Below, piece by piece: positions 40,700 through 50,352 of a stretch of DNA of 64,000 nucleotides (its first letter is position 1; the number at the start of each line of letters is the position of its first letter). This DNA is from Alphaproteobacteria bacterium (GTDB lineage: Bacteria > Pseudomonadota > Alphaproteobacteria > SP197). The DNA lies in the NCBI GenBank assembly GCA_965228895.1, contig OZ245842.1:2432001-2496000 (forward strand). Direction: 5' to 3'. Position numbers and translations under genes: made by a program. The notes below the pieces were generated by a model, which was not told the DNA's origin, did not search any database, and saw only the letters and a program-made list of their open reading frames with translations.

Positions 40700-41701
40700 A
40701 TGACAGTGCATGACGGCATCGTGCCGCTTGTCGGCAATACGCCCTTGATTCGTCTCAAAGGGCCGTCAGACAAGACGGGATGCAACATTCTCGGCAAGTG
40801 CGAGTTTTTGAACCCCGGCCAGTCGGTCAAGGACCGGGCGGCGCTTTGGATCATTCGCGACGCCGAGAAACGCGGCGAGCTGAAACCCGGCGGCGTTATT
40901 GTCGAGGGCACGGCGGGCAATACCGGGATCGGACTGTGTACGGTCGGCAACGCGTTGGGTTATCGCTGTGTCATCGTGATGCCGGAAACCCAGAGCCAGG
41001 AAAAGAAGGATACGCTGCGGGCGCTCGGCGCCGACCTCCACCTAACGCCGGCAGCCCCCTACAAGGACCTGCGCAACTACATCCGCACGTCAGAGCGGAT
41101 GGCGGGCGAGATTGCCGAGCGGGAAGCCAACGGCGCGATCTGGGCCAACCAATTCGATAACGTGGCCAACCGCCAGGCCCATATCGACAGCACGGGACCG
41201 GAGATCTGGGACCAGACCGGCGGCGAGGTCGACGCCTTCGTCTCGGCCATCGGCACCGGCGGTACGCTTTCCGGTGTCGGCATGGCGCTGAAGGAGCACA
41301 ACCAGGACATCCAGATCGTCATGTCCGACCCCTATGGCTCATGCATGTACAACTGGTTCAAGACCGGCGAATTGAAATCCGAAGGCAGCTCGATCTCGGA
41401 AGGCATCGGCCAGGGTCGCGTCACCAAGAACCTGGAGGACGCCCCGATCGATCAGGCCTATCAGGTCAGCGATGTCGAGATGCTGGAGGTCGTGTTCGAC
41501 CTTCTGCAGCACGAGGGACTGTGTGTCGGCGGGTCAACCGGCATCAACGTTGCCGGCGCCGTCAAGGTCGCCAAGGAACTGGGCCCCGGCCACACCATCG
41601 TGACGATCCTGTGCGACTACGGCACCCGGTATCACAGCAAGATCTTCAATCCGGCCTTCTTGCGTGAACGCAACCTTCCCTCGCCGCCCTGGATGACGTA
41701 G
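40700..41701 (+). CDS. cysK: Cysteine synthase A
   Basis: GNTPLI, EFLNPGQSVKDR, EGTAGNTG, GTGGT. Confidence 0.9.
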   Translation: MTVHDGIVPLVGNTPLIRLKGPSDKTGCNILGKCEFLNPGQSVKDRAALWIIRDAEKRGELKPGGVIVEGTAGNTGIGLCTVGNALGYRCVIVMPETQSQEKKDTLRALGADLHLTPAAPYKDLRNYIRTSERMAGEIAEREANGAIWANQFDNVANRQAHIDSTGPEIWDQTGGEVDAFVSAIGTGGTLSGVGMALKEHNQDIQIVMSDPYGSCMYNWFKTGELKSEGSSISEGIGQGRVTKNLEDAPIDQAYQVSDVEMLEVVFDLLQHEGLCVGGSTGINVAGAVKVAKELGPGHTIVTILCDYGTRYHSKIFNPAFLRERNLPSPPWMT

Positions 41702-41712
41702 AGACCAGCGGC

Positions 41713-42423
41713 ATGGAACTGCTTTTTCGTGATGATGCCTATCAACGATCCTGCGACGCCGTGGTGACGCAGGTCGACGACGACGGCATTCGCCTCGACA
41801 AGACCGTGTTCTATCCGACCGGCGGCGGCCAGCCGGGCGACAGCGGCACACTGACCCTGGCCGACGGCCGGAGCCTCACGATTGAGACGGCGCGTAAAGG
41901 CACCGATCACGAGGACGTCGTCCATGTGCCCGCTGCCGATCAGCCGGCGCCCGGTGTCGGCGACACCGTGACCGCCACGATCGACTGGGATCGCCGCTAT
42001 CGTCACATGCGCATGCACACCTGCCTTCACCTGCTGTCGGCGATCATCAAGGCGCCGGTGACCGGCGGCCAGGTCAGCGAGGCCCGCAGCCGGCTGGACT
42101 TCGACTGGCCCGATGCCAATTTGACGAAGGAAGAAATCACCGAGGGCCTCAATCGTCTGGTGTCCGAGAACCATGCGGTGCAGCCGCGCTGGATCACCGA
42201 TGAGGAGCTTGCCGAGCAGCCGGAGCTGGTGCGCACCATGTCGGTCAAACCGCCAACCGGTGCCGGCCATGTGCGGCTGCTCGACATCGACGGGGTCGAT
42301 CTGCAGCCCTGTGGCGGCACCCACGTTCGCAGTACTGGTGAAATCGGCGCCGTCCAGGTCGCCAAAATCGAAAACAAGGGACGGCAGAACCGGCGCGTCA
42401 GCGTCGTCCTGCTCGAAGACTAG
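41713..42423 (+). CDS. alaX: AlaX alanyl-tRNA editing protein
   Basis: FYPTGGGQPGD, MRMHTCLH, QPCGGTHV (HxxxH/CxxxH). Confidence 0.92.
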   Translation: MELLFRDDAYQRSCDAVVTQVDDDGIRLDKTVFYPTGGGQPGDSGTLTLADGRSLTIETARKGTDHEDVVHVPAADQPAPGVGDTVTATIDWDRRYRHMRMHTCLHLLSAIIKAPVTGGQVSEARSRLDFDWPDANLTKEEITEGLNRLVSENHAVQPRWITDEELAEQPELVRTMSVKPPTGAGHVRLLDIDGVDLQPCGGTHVRSTGEIGAVQVAKIENKGRQNRRVSVVLLED

Positions 42424-42432
42424 GAGGAGCCT

Positions 42433-43287
42433 GTGGCCAATTCCGATGCCCTGGTGAGCACCGAATGGCTCGCCCAGCATCTCACCTCACCCGACGTGCG
42501 GGTGGTCGATGGATCGTGGTACCTGCCGACCGAGGAACGGGACCCGCGCGCCGAGTACGAAGAACAGCATATCGCCGGCGCCGTCTTTTTCGATATCGAC
42601 GATATCGCTGACGAGACCAGCGATCTCCCCCACATGCTGCCCAGCCCGGAGAAGTTCTCCTCGCATGTGCGCAAATTGGGGTTGGGCGATGGCGTGCGTA
42701 TCGTTGTCTACGACGGCGGGAACATGATGGCAGCGGCACGGGTCTGGTGGATGTTCCGCGTCTTCGGCCATAACGACGTCGCGGTCCTGGACGGCGGTTT
42801 GGCCAAATGGCTCGCCGAGGGACGCCCGGTCACCGACGAAGTGACGACGCCCAAGGAACGCCATTTTACCGCGCGCTTGAACACATTCCTGGTGCGCGAT
42901 CTCAACCAGGTCCGCGCCAACCTCGACAGCCAGCGCGAACAGGTGATCGACGCGCGCGGCGCCGGGCGGTTCACGGGCGAGGAACCAGAGATCCGGCCCG
43001 GTATCCGTGGCGGCCATATTCCCGGCAGCAGCAACCTGCCCTATGGCAATCTGCTGAACCCGGCCGATGGTACGGTGGTCGATGCGGACGCGATCGCCGC
43101 GGCGTTTGCCGGTGTCGGTGTCGATCCCAAGAAATCGATCGTCACGACCTGTGGCTCCGGCATCAGCGCGACCTTTCTGGCGCTCGCGCTTCATCTGATC
43201 GGCAGCAAAAAGGTTGCCGTCTATGACGGCTCCTGGACCGAGTGGGGCGGACACGACGATACGCCCGTCGCTACCGGCCCGGCTTAA
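42433..43287 (+). CDS. sseA: 3-mercaptopyruvate sulfurtransferase
   Basis: LVSTEWL, HIAGAVFFD, RVWW, GHIPGS, TCGSG, YDGSWTEWG. Confidence 0.93.
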   Translation: MANSDALVSTEWLAQHLTSPDVRVVDGSWYLPTEERDPRAEYEEQHIAGAVFFDIDDIADETSDLPHMLPSPEKFSSHVRKLGLGDGVRIVVYDGGNMMAAARVWWMFRVFGHNDVAVLDGGLAKWLAEGRPVTDEVTTPKERHFTARLNTFLVRDLNQVRANLDSQREQVIDARGAGRFTGEEPEIRPGIRGGHIPGSSNLPYGNLLNPADGTVVDADAIAAAFAGVGVDPKKSIVTTCGSGISATFLALALHLIGSKKVAVYDGSWTEWGGHDDTPVATGPA

Positions 43288-43326
43288 GCCAGCCAGGACG
43301 AAAACTCAGACGCGGATGGCAGCACG

Positions 43327-43869
43327 CTGAAGATCGTCGTCACCTATCTTGAGATGACCGCGCGGCCGCGGCGGCCAACCGTTGCCGCTCCGCTGCGCAA
43401 GCTTGCGGTACTGCGCGCGGAAAAACCGACGCTCTCCTTCTATCGTTATCTCTATGAGACCATCGGCCGGCCGTGGCTCTGGACCGACCGGCGTGACCTG
43501 AGTGACGACGACCTTGCCGCGCTCATTCACGACGACAAGATCGAGATCTACGTCCTCTATGTCGCCGGTGTCCCCGCGGGCTTTACCGAGTTGGACTTTC
43601 GCGGCGAAACCCGTGTCGAGATCACCCACCTGGGTCTTGTGCCGGAGTTCACCGGCCAGGGGCTCGGCCGGTTTCTGCTCAACTGGTCTGTGGACGCCGC
43701 CTGGCGCCCGGACACCCGTGTTGTCACGGTCGAGACCGACACCGCCGACAACCCGCGCGCGCTCGGTATGTATCAACGCGCGGGGTTCAACGTCGTCGGC
43801 CGTGCAGAAGTCGAGCAGACGCCGCGGTCCGAGCTGACCAATCAGCCATCACCGAGCCAGGATCTCTAG
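43327..43869 (+). CDS. GNAT family acetyltransferase (start ambiguous)
   Basis: VTYLEM, FYRYLY..IG.PWLW, GLVPEFTGQGLG, YQRAGF; first ATG (43354) lies inside the VTYLEM motif. Confidence 0.8.
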   Translation: MKIVVTYLEMTARPRRPTVAAPLRKLAVLRAEKPTLSFYRYLYETIGRPWLWTDRRDLSDDDLAALIHDDKIEIYVLYVAGVPAGFTELDFRGETRVEITHLGLVPEFTGQGLGRFLLNWSVDAAWRPDTRVVTVETDTADNPRALGMYQRAGFNVVGRAEVEQTPRSELTNQPSPSQDL

Positions 43870-44002
43870 AGCCGATTTATCCGTTCCAACGGCATCGCAA
43901 ATCGATTCCATAAGGACGGGATCTCTTCGAGGCAGGAAGGCTTGGTTCAAGGCCCGGCGCAATGCCATGATGGCGCGAAAGCAGGGTTCAGCCGGGAACA
44001 TC

Positions 44003-45169
44003 ATGAAACCAGATACGGTTATCGTTAACGCGGGGCGCAATCCCGAGGCCAACCACGGCATTGTCAACCCGCCGGTCTATCACGCCTCGACCGTGCTGTT
44101 TGACACCCTGGCGGCCTTGAACGGGGCCAGCGGAAAAGACTATCGACAGGTCGTCTATGGCCGATACGGAACGCCGACCACCTTTGCGCTGCAGGAAGCC
44201 ATGGCCGCGCTTGAGGGCGGCGACTGGGCGATCACCTGCGGTTCCGGTAAGGCCGCCATCGCGACCGTCTTGATGGCGTTCCTTAAGGCTGGCGACCACA
44301 TTCTTATCAGCGATTCCGCCTACCAGCCGACACGCACCCTGGCGATGGGCATGCTCGAGCGTTTCGGTGTCGAGACGACATTCTACGACCCCATGATCGG
44401 CGCCGGTATTGCCGATCTGATCCAGGGCAACACCCGCATCGTCTACACGGAATCGCCAGGCTCCATCACCTTCGAGATCCAGGACCTTCCAGCCATCGCC
44501 GAAGTTGCCCATGCCCACGACGCGATTGTCGTGTGCGACAACACGTGGGGCGCGGGCTACTACTACAGGCCTTTGACCTTGGGCGCCGATATCTCGATCC
44601 AGGCCGGCACGAAGTACATTGTCGGCCATTCCGACGCGATGCTGGGCATCGCCACTGCGCGCGAGAAACACATGGACCGCTTGTGGCACGCGTTTACGAC
44701 GCTGGGCAACAACGTGGGACCCGACGATGCCTATCTCGGTCAGCGCGGGCTGCGCACCCTGGCGGTCAGGCTGGAGCGCCATCAGACCAACGCGATGAAG
44801 GTCGTTGAGTGGCTGGCCGGTCGGCCGGAGGTCATCCGCATCCTGCACCCCGCCCTGCCCGACCATCCCGGCCACGACATCTGGCGCCGCGACTTCACCG
44901 GCGCCAGCGGCCTCTTCGGCGTGCAGATCAAGGCAGTCGAAGAGCAGGCGCTGGCGGCCATGCTCGACGGTTTGGAGCTGTTCGGCATGGGCTATTCATG
45001 GGGCGGTTACGAGAGCCTGATCGTGCCGTGCGATCTGACGCGCGCGCGGACCGCGACGCCGTGGCAGGGAGACGGATTGCTGTTGAGGCTGCATATCGGA
45101 TTGGAAGATCCCGATGACCTGATCGGCGATCTTGATGCCGGCTTTGCCCGGCTCGCGGCTGCCGCTTGA
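44003..45169 (+). CDS. metC: Cystathionine beta-lyase
   Basis: VNPPVYHAST, YGRYGTPT, ESPGS, DNTW, TKYIVGHSD, GYSWGGYESL. Confidence 0.93.
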   Translation: MKPDTVIVNAGRNPEANHGIVNPPVYHASTVLFDTLAALNGASGKDYRQVVYGRYGTPTTFALQEAMAALEGGDWAITCGSGKAAIATVLMAFLKAGDHILISDSAYQPTRTLAMGMLERFGVETTFYDPMIGAGIADLIQGNTRIVYTESPGSITFEIQDLPAIAEVAHAHDAIVVCDNTWGAGYYYRPLTLGADISIQAGTKYIVGHSDAMLGIATAREKHMDRLWHAFTTLGNNVGPDDAYLGQRGLRTLAVRLERHQTNAMKVVEWLAGRPEVIRILHPALPDHPGHDIWRRDFTGASGLFGVQIKAVEEQALAAMLDGLELFGMGYSWGGYESLIVPCDLTRARTATPWQGDGLLLRLHIGLEDPDDLIGDLDAGFARLAAAA

Positions 45170-45182
45170 CGGATCGGGGCCG

Positions 45183-45884
45183 TTGTTCGCCTTAACCGAC
45201 ATGGAGCGCGAGGCGCTTGTGCTGAGCCTTCAGGTCGGCGCGGTCGCGGTCGCGGCGAGCCTGCCCTTCGGTATCTTGATGGCTTGGCTGTTGGCACGCG
45301 TGCCCTTCCCCGGCCGGGGCGTCGTCAATGGCCTGGTCCACCTGCCGCTCGTCCTGCCGCCGGTCGTCGTCGGTTATCTGCTACTTGTCCTGATGGGCCG
45401 CAAGGGACCGATCGGCAGCCTGTTGTTCGATTGGTTCGCCATCACACTGATCTTCACCTGGGAAGGCGCGGCGCTGGCCTCGGCGGTGGTGGCGTTTCCG
45501 CTGATGGTGCGCGCCATCCGGCTCGGGCTCGATCTGGTCGACCGCCGCCTGGAAACAGCGGCACGGACACTGGGCGCCTCGCCGACACGCGTGTTCGTCA
45601 CCGTGACACTGCCGCTTATCCTGCCCGGCATCATCACGGGCTGTGTCCTGGCCTTCGCACGTTCGATCGGCGAGTTCGGCGCGACCATTACCTTCGTCTC
45701 GAACATTCCCGGCGAGACCCAGACCCTGCCGCTTGCCCTTTACAGCGTCGCGCAGACCCCGGGTGGCGAAGATGCCGCACTCAGGCTCGTGATCATCTCC
45801 TGTGTTTTGGCCTTCGCCGCCCTGGCCGCCTCGGAGATCCTGGCGCGGCGCGCGCAACGTCGCCTGGCCGGAGCGAGCGCATGA
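45183..45884 (+). CDS. modB: Molybdate ABC transporter permease
   Basis: HLPLVLPPVVVGY, FARSIGEFGAT, NIPGETQTLP; start approximate. Confidence 0.92.
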   Translation: MFALTDMEREALVLSLQVGAVAVAASLPFGILMAWLLARVPFPGRGVVNGLVHLPLVLPPVVVGYLLLVLMGRKGPIGSLLFDWFAITLIFTWEGAALASAVVAFPLMVRAIRLGLDLVDRRLETAARTLGASPTRVFVTVTLPLILPGIITGCVLAFARSIGEFGATITFVSNIPGETQTLPLALYSVAQTPGGEDAALRLVIISCVLAFAALAASEILARRAQRRLAGASA

Positions 45885-46990
45885 TCTCGATCGACGTCGC
45901 CCGCCAGATCCCCGACTTCACGCTATCAGTAAAGATTGATATCGATCGCATTGGAATAACGTCATTTTTCGGCCCTTCAGGCTCCGGAAAAACCACCTTG
46001 ATCAACATGATCGCCGGCCTCGTCCAACCGGACCGCGGTCGTATCGCCGCCGGTGACAGGGTCCTGTTCGATTCCGACCGGCGCGTCGACCTTCCGCCCG
46101 AGAAACGTCGCCTCGGCTACGTTTTCCAGGACGCCCGGCTGTTTCCGCATATGACCACCGCGCGCAATCTTGGCTACGGCATGAACATGCTGGCGCCGGG
46201 CGACCGGCGGCTCGGGTTCGACGACGTGGTCGACCTGCTCGACCTCGGCCACCTGCTGCGCCGGCGCCCGCACGAGCTCTCCGGCGGCGAGCGCCAGCGC
46301 GTCGCCATTGGCCGGGCACTGCTGGCGAGCCCCGACCTGCTGCTGATGGATGAGCCGCTTGCTTCCCTGGACGGTCCGCGCAAGAACGAGATCCTGCCGT
46401 TTATCCAGAGACTGCCGTCCGATGCCGCCATGCCCGTGGTCTACGTCAGCCACGCTGTGGAAGAGGTTATCCGCCTCGCCGATGACGTGGTCGTCATCCA
46501 CAACGGCCACATGCAAGCGAGCGGCACGGTCGAAGACATCATGAGCCGCCCTGACCTGGCGCCGCTGACCGGCCGTTTCTGGGCGGGTTCCGTCGTGCCC
46601 GCCGAGGTGATCGGTGATGACGGCGATTGGGACCTCACCACCCTCTCCGTCCCCGGCGGCACGCTCACCGTGCCCCGTCTCGAGCAGGCGCCCGGCAGCA
46701 AGGTGCGTGTGCGTATCCGCGCACGCGATGTCGCGATCGCCTTGAAGCCGCCCGAACAGGTCAGCGTACTCAATATCCTGCCCGGCACGGTCCAACGCAT
46801 CGTCGAGACGGACGGCGGCCAGGTCGATCTGGTGCTCGATATCGGCTGCCCGCTGCTTGCCAGGATTACCGAAAAATCTCGCCAGGAACTCGGCATTCGC
46901 GAGGGTCTGCCGGTCTACGCCATGATCAAGGCGGTCAACGTCGATCGCCCAAGCATCGGCCCGGCCGGCGACGCGGACGAGACACCATGA
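45881..46990 (+). CDS. modC: Molybdate ABC transporter ATPase
   Basis: GPSGSGKTT, VFQDARLFPH, LSGGERQR, DEP, C-terminal TOBE domains. Confidence 0.93.
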   Translation: MISIDVARQIPDFTLSVKIDIDRIGITSFFGPSGSGKTTLINMIAGLVQPDRGRIAAGDRVLFDSDRRVDLPPEKRRLGYVFQDARLFPHMTTARNLGYGMNMLAPGDRRLGFDDVVDLLDLGHLLRRRPHELSGGERQRVAIGRALLASPDLLLMDEPLASLDGPRKNEILPFIQRLPSDAAMPVVYVSHAVEEVIRLADDVVVIHNGHMQASGTVEDIMSRPDLAPLTGRFWAGSVVPAEVIGDDGDWDLTTLSVPGGTLTVPRLEQAPGSKVRVRIRARDVAIALKPPEQVSVLNILPGTVQRIVETDGGQVDLVLDIGCPLLARITEKSRQELGIREGLPVYAMIKAVNVDRPSIGPAGDADETP

Positions 46991-47919
46991 GTGTCGATCT
47001 CGCAGGCATCGAGGCGGCCCGGCAACGCATCAAGGGCGCCGTCAGGCTGACGCCGGTGCTGGAGCCGGCGCCGGTGCGCGAGGATGTCGGTGTCAAACAC
47101 CTGACGCTCAAACTGGAGAACCTGCAGGTCACCGGGTCGTTCAAGCCGCGCGGTGCGATGTCGAAACTGATGACGCTGACCCACGATGAGCGCCAGCGTG
47201 GCCTGATCACCGCGTCCGGCGGCAATCACGGCCTGGCCGTTGCCTATGCCGCCCACCATGCCGGCGTGCCGGCCGTTATCTACCTGCCGACGTCAACGCC
47301 ACCGGCCAAGGCCGACGCGATCCGAAGCTGGGGCGCAGAGGTCATGGTCGAGGGTGCTGTGTGGGACGATGCCAACGCCGCCGCGCTGGCCGCCGCGGGG
47401 TCACGCGAGATGACCTATGTGCATCCCTTTGCCGACCCCGCCGTGATCGCAGGACAAGGCACGCTCGGCCTCGAGATCCTGGAACAGGCGCCGGACATCG
47501 ACACGCTGGTTGTCGCCATCGGCGGCGGCGGCCTGATCGCCGGCGTCGCGACCGCGGTCCGCGCGAAGCGGCCGGATATTCAGGTCATCGGCGTGGAGCC
47601 GGCCGGCGCGCCGACCCATCACGCCAGCCGGGCCGCCGGCGAACTCGTCACCTTGGATGCCATCGAGACACGCGCCGGCACGTTGGCGCCACGACGCAGC
47701 GAACAGCTCAACCTCGATCTCATCGGCAGCCACGTCGACGATATCGTCCTGGTCGATGACGACGAGATGGCCGCCGCCGCCCGCTGGTTATGGTCGGAAT
47801 GCGCGGTGGCCGCCGAACTCAGCGGCGCTGCCTCGCTGGCCGCGCTTCAATCCTGCCGCGCCACCGGCGACCGTGTCTGCGCACTGATCTGCGGCGCGGG
47901 TACGGATGGGATGGACTAG
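46987..47919 (+). CDS. Threonine/serine dehydratase (PLP)
   Basis: KLENLQVTGSFKPRG, SGGNHG, HPF...GQGT, GGGGLI. Confidence 0.9.
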   Translation: MSVDLAGIEAARQRIKGAVRLTPVLEPAPVREDVGVKHLTLKLENLQVTGSFKPRGAMSKLMTLTHDERQRGLITASGGNHGLAVAYAAHHAGVPAVIYLPTSTPPAKADAIRSWGAEVMVEGAVWDDANAAALAAAGSREMTYVHPFADPAVIAGQGTLGLEILEQAPDIDTLVVAIGGGGLIAGVATAVRAKRPDIQVIGVEPAGAPTHHASRAAGELVTLDAIETRAGTLAPRRSEQLNLDLIGSHVDDIVLVDDDEMAAAARWLWSECAVAAELSGAASLAALQSCRATGDRVCALICGAGTDGMD

Positions 47920-48199
47920 GCGCCCGAAGACACGCGCCGCATCTCTCTGAAGCGACAGACCGCACCGCACATCATGCGTATGGTGGTAAAACCACATCGG
48001 CAATCGACCTCAATCGATCACGCAGGTGTGACTGGATCAACCTGACGTTGATGATTCTGCTATCGCCAAACAATCTAGACGGACGCATGATAGAGGTAAC
48101 AACACGTCAACATTGCCGACCATCCACAATCAGCCGGGGCATCGCGCTGTCGGGTGAAGAAAGGCAAGGACAGCAGCGGCAGTCTTGGGGGGCTGGGAT

Positions 48200-49501
48200 A
48201 TGCCGGACATCAGAACCGGGTTGGCGGCGCGAACCTCGATGTTGCGGGGAGTTGTCGTCTGCCTTGTGGTGGCGGGCTTCGTCCTTTCCGGATGCACCAG
48301 AGTCTGGCTGGACCCTTACATCAACTTACCCAATCGAGAACTATCCGAGGGTTACGAGCCCTCTGACGGTTTTCCACAACTGCTGATCGCAGCACAGCAG
48401 GCCGAGGAACTACGACGTACCGCGTCAAAGTACCGGACCGACCTTGTCGAAAAGCGGTCGTTGCTGTCCTACGGCGCCTTCGGCGCGGCTGCCGCCGGTG
48501 GCATCGCGGCTCTCTATGGGGCGCATTCCGATCTGGTTCTTGGTCTCGGCCTCGGCGCCGCCAGCGCCTATGGCGCGGGCACCTTGTTCACAAGCACAGA
48601 TCGCATTGACACATACTCCGCGGCGAACAAAGCCCTCAACTGTGTTGTCGAAACAGCGGATTCCGTGCTGGCGACCGCCGCAAAGCTGGACGCGATGATC
48701 GCAATTGACAGCACCGCCTCACTTGACATGCAAGCTCTAGAAGCAGCCATCGCCGATGGATCGACCGCGGACAACAATGTAAACGCCGATGCTTCACTTG
48801 TTGAACTCAACGCCCGGACATTTCAGGCAATGGACGAATATCTGGCAGCAAAGAAAAACGTCGACATGTTCAGGGCACTTGACCCTGAGTTCGCCGTCGC
48901 TGTGACCCAGACCAGAGATGTCATCATTTTTGCCATGGAAGAGCGCATCCGTCAGTCTCAGCCGAGCCTCGCCAACATCCTCCAGGTCGCACAAGGCATC
49001 GGTGTCTCGGGCGTCAACTACGTTCAGGAAGTCACGGCGGTAGAAATTGACAGCAGCCAAACACTCAGCTTCGAAGAGCCGGAAGCGGTTGCGCTGAGCG
49101 CGGAGCAACTCAGCGAGACCGTCAAGGCAATCAACGAAGCGATCGATGAGGCAACCAACAAGATGGCGCAGATCGGCAACACCTGCATCTTCGAGCAAGC
49201 TCCGATTGCGCCTCTGACAGTAATGCCTGCGCAGATTACCTTAACCGCAGACCAAACAATTACTTTGGATATCACCGGTGGGAAAGAACCCTTTATCGCC
49301 ATGTGGCAGGGTGCGAACCAGCCGACCGATAAACAAATCGAGGTTGTGGTCAGCGGAAGGCAAGTCGTCTTGGTTGGCAAATCGACGCTTGACGACATCG
49401 CGGCTCAATCCGAGTTCGTTCTGGTCATTCGCGATACGCTGGCCGCGCCTAAAGAAGGGCAGGTCAAAGTGACGGTCCCTAAGGCTCAGAACTCCAGTTG
49501 A
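48200..49501 (+). CDS. Hypothetical large lipoprotein (helical body, Gly/Ala-rich hydrophobic hairpin, C-terminal beta/Ig-like domain)
   Basis: Lipobox LSGC after a hydrophobic core; codon usage less GC-biased than neighbours. Confidence 0.7.
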   Translation: MPDIRTGLAARTSMLRGVVVCLVVAGFVLSGCTRVWLDPYINLPNRELSEGYEPSDGFPQLLIAAQQAEELRRTASKYRTDLVEKRSLLSYGAFGAAAAGGIAALYGAHSDLVLGLGLGAASAYGAGTLFTSTDRIDTYSAANKALNCVVETADSVLATAAKLDAMIAIDSTASLDMQALEAAIADGSTADNNVNADASLVELNARTFQAMDEYLAAKKNVDMFRALDPEFAVAVTQTRDVIIFAMEERIRQSQPSLANILQVAQGIGVSGVNYVQEVTAVEIDSSQTLSFEEPEAVALSAEQLSETVKAINEAIDEATNKMAQIGNTCIFEQAPIAPLTVMPAQITLTADQTITLDITGGKEPFIAMWQGANQPTDKQIEVVVSGRQVVLVGKSTLDDIAAQSEFVLVIRDTLAAPKEGQVKVTVPKAQNSS

Positions 49502-49600
49502 TCCTCGACGCCGGCATAGGAACGAAAGAGGTGCCGAGCGATGTGCACAAGACATGACGTACTGAGATTTTCAATGTGTGAAGAGATTACGCAGAGAGAC

Positions 49601-50188
49601 GTGGAACGGCCACGCTCCTTTTTACTTGCACGTACGGTCATTCTCGTTTTGTCCGTGCTAGCGTCAACCTCACAAGCACCTCATGCGGAAGAGCTTTCTG
49701 CGCCGACCGTACGCTACGAAACCATACCGATGTTGGGTGTGTTCAAAGGCGAAGGCGACCCCAATGAGACGGCTGATTGGTGCAAAGGTCTAACGGTTGA
49801 TTTTTTGAGCGAGTCGGAACGCGAGACCCATCGCCTTACCGTCCAAGACGGAAAGATCATCAATGCGGACGGCGCACCGTTCGACACGAGCAGTGACGCC
49901 GGAACTGGTAGCCAGTCGTCACGAGCAATTTTTATCATGACAAGTGACGGAGCGTTGTACGCATCCAAACACAGCGCGCGATGCAAATTTCATCACTCGT
50001 CCTTCTTGGCTGGTGCGCCAGTGGCAGCCGCCGGAGAGATTGAAGTGAGAGATGGCCAGTTGCTATTTCTGTCAAACGACAGCGGCCACTATGAGCCGCC
50101 ATCTTCCATTACCGAGCAAGCACTGTTTGAGTTTGAACGCCTTGGCGTCGACACAAGGCACGTCGAAACGGAATGGATTGCCTATTGA
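49601..50188 (+). CDS. Probably exported protein with IQM-like HSSFL...SGHY domain
   Basis: Signal-peptide-like N-terminus ending PHA-EE; FHHSSFLAGAPVAAAGEIEVRDG...NDSGHYEP; start could be 49541 or 49574. Confidence 0.7.
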   Translation: MERPRSFLLARTVILVLSVLASTSQAPHAEELSAPTVRYETIPMLGVFKGEGDPNETADWCKGLTVDFLSESERETHRLTVQDGKIINADGAPFDTSSDAGTGSQSSRAIFIMTSDGALYASKHSARCKFHHSSFLAGAPVAAAGEIEVRDGQLLFLSNDSGHYEPPSSITEQALFEFERLGVDTRHVETEWIAY

Positions 50189-50352
50189 CGGTCGGCGAAC
50201 TGCCCAACGAGCAAACGACTTGCGTGATTACTCCGGCGGTCGCGGCACCGGGCTGACCGGCGACATGACGAAGAACGCGCCTGACATCGTTGGTGGATGC
50301 AGCGATTCGACATCGCCGTTGAATCGCTGCCTAGCATGAGGGAGAGGAAGAG

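Noticed and set aside
43866-43930. TAGAGC after the GNAT stop as a further repeat copy
   Set aside because: No matching GCTCTA arm or internal stem; at most a decayed remnant
45284-45880. N-terminal extensions of ORF-track calls (modC, TauD, dehydratase, aminotransferase, CYTH-CHAD)
   Set aside because: They overlap neighbouring genes and lack family motifs; downstream starts with RBS or ATGA coupling fit better
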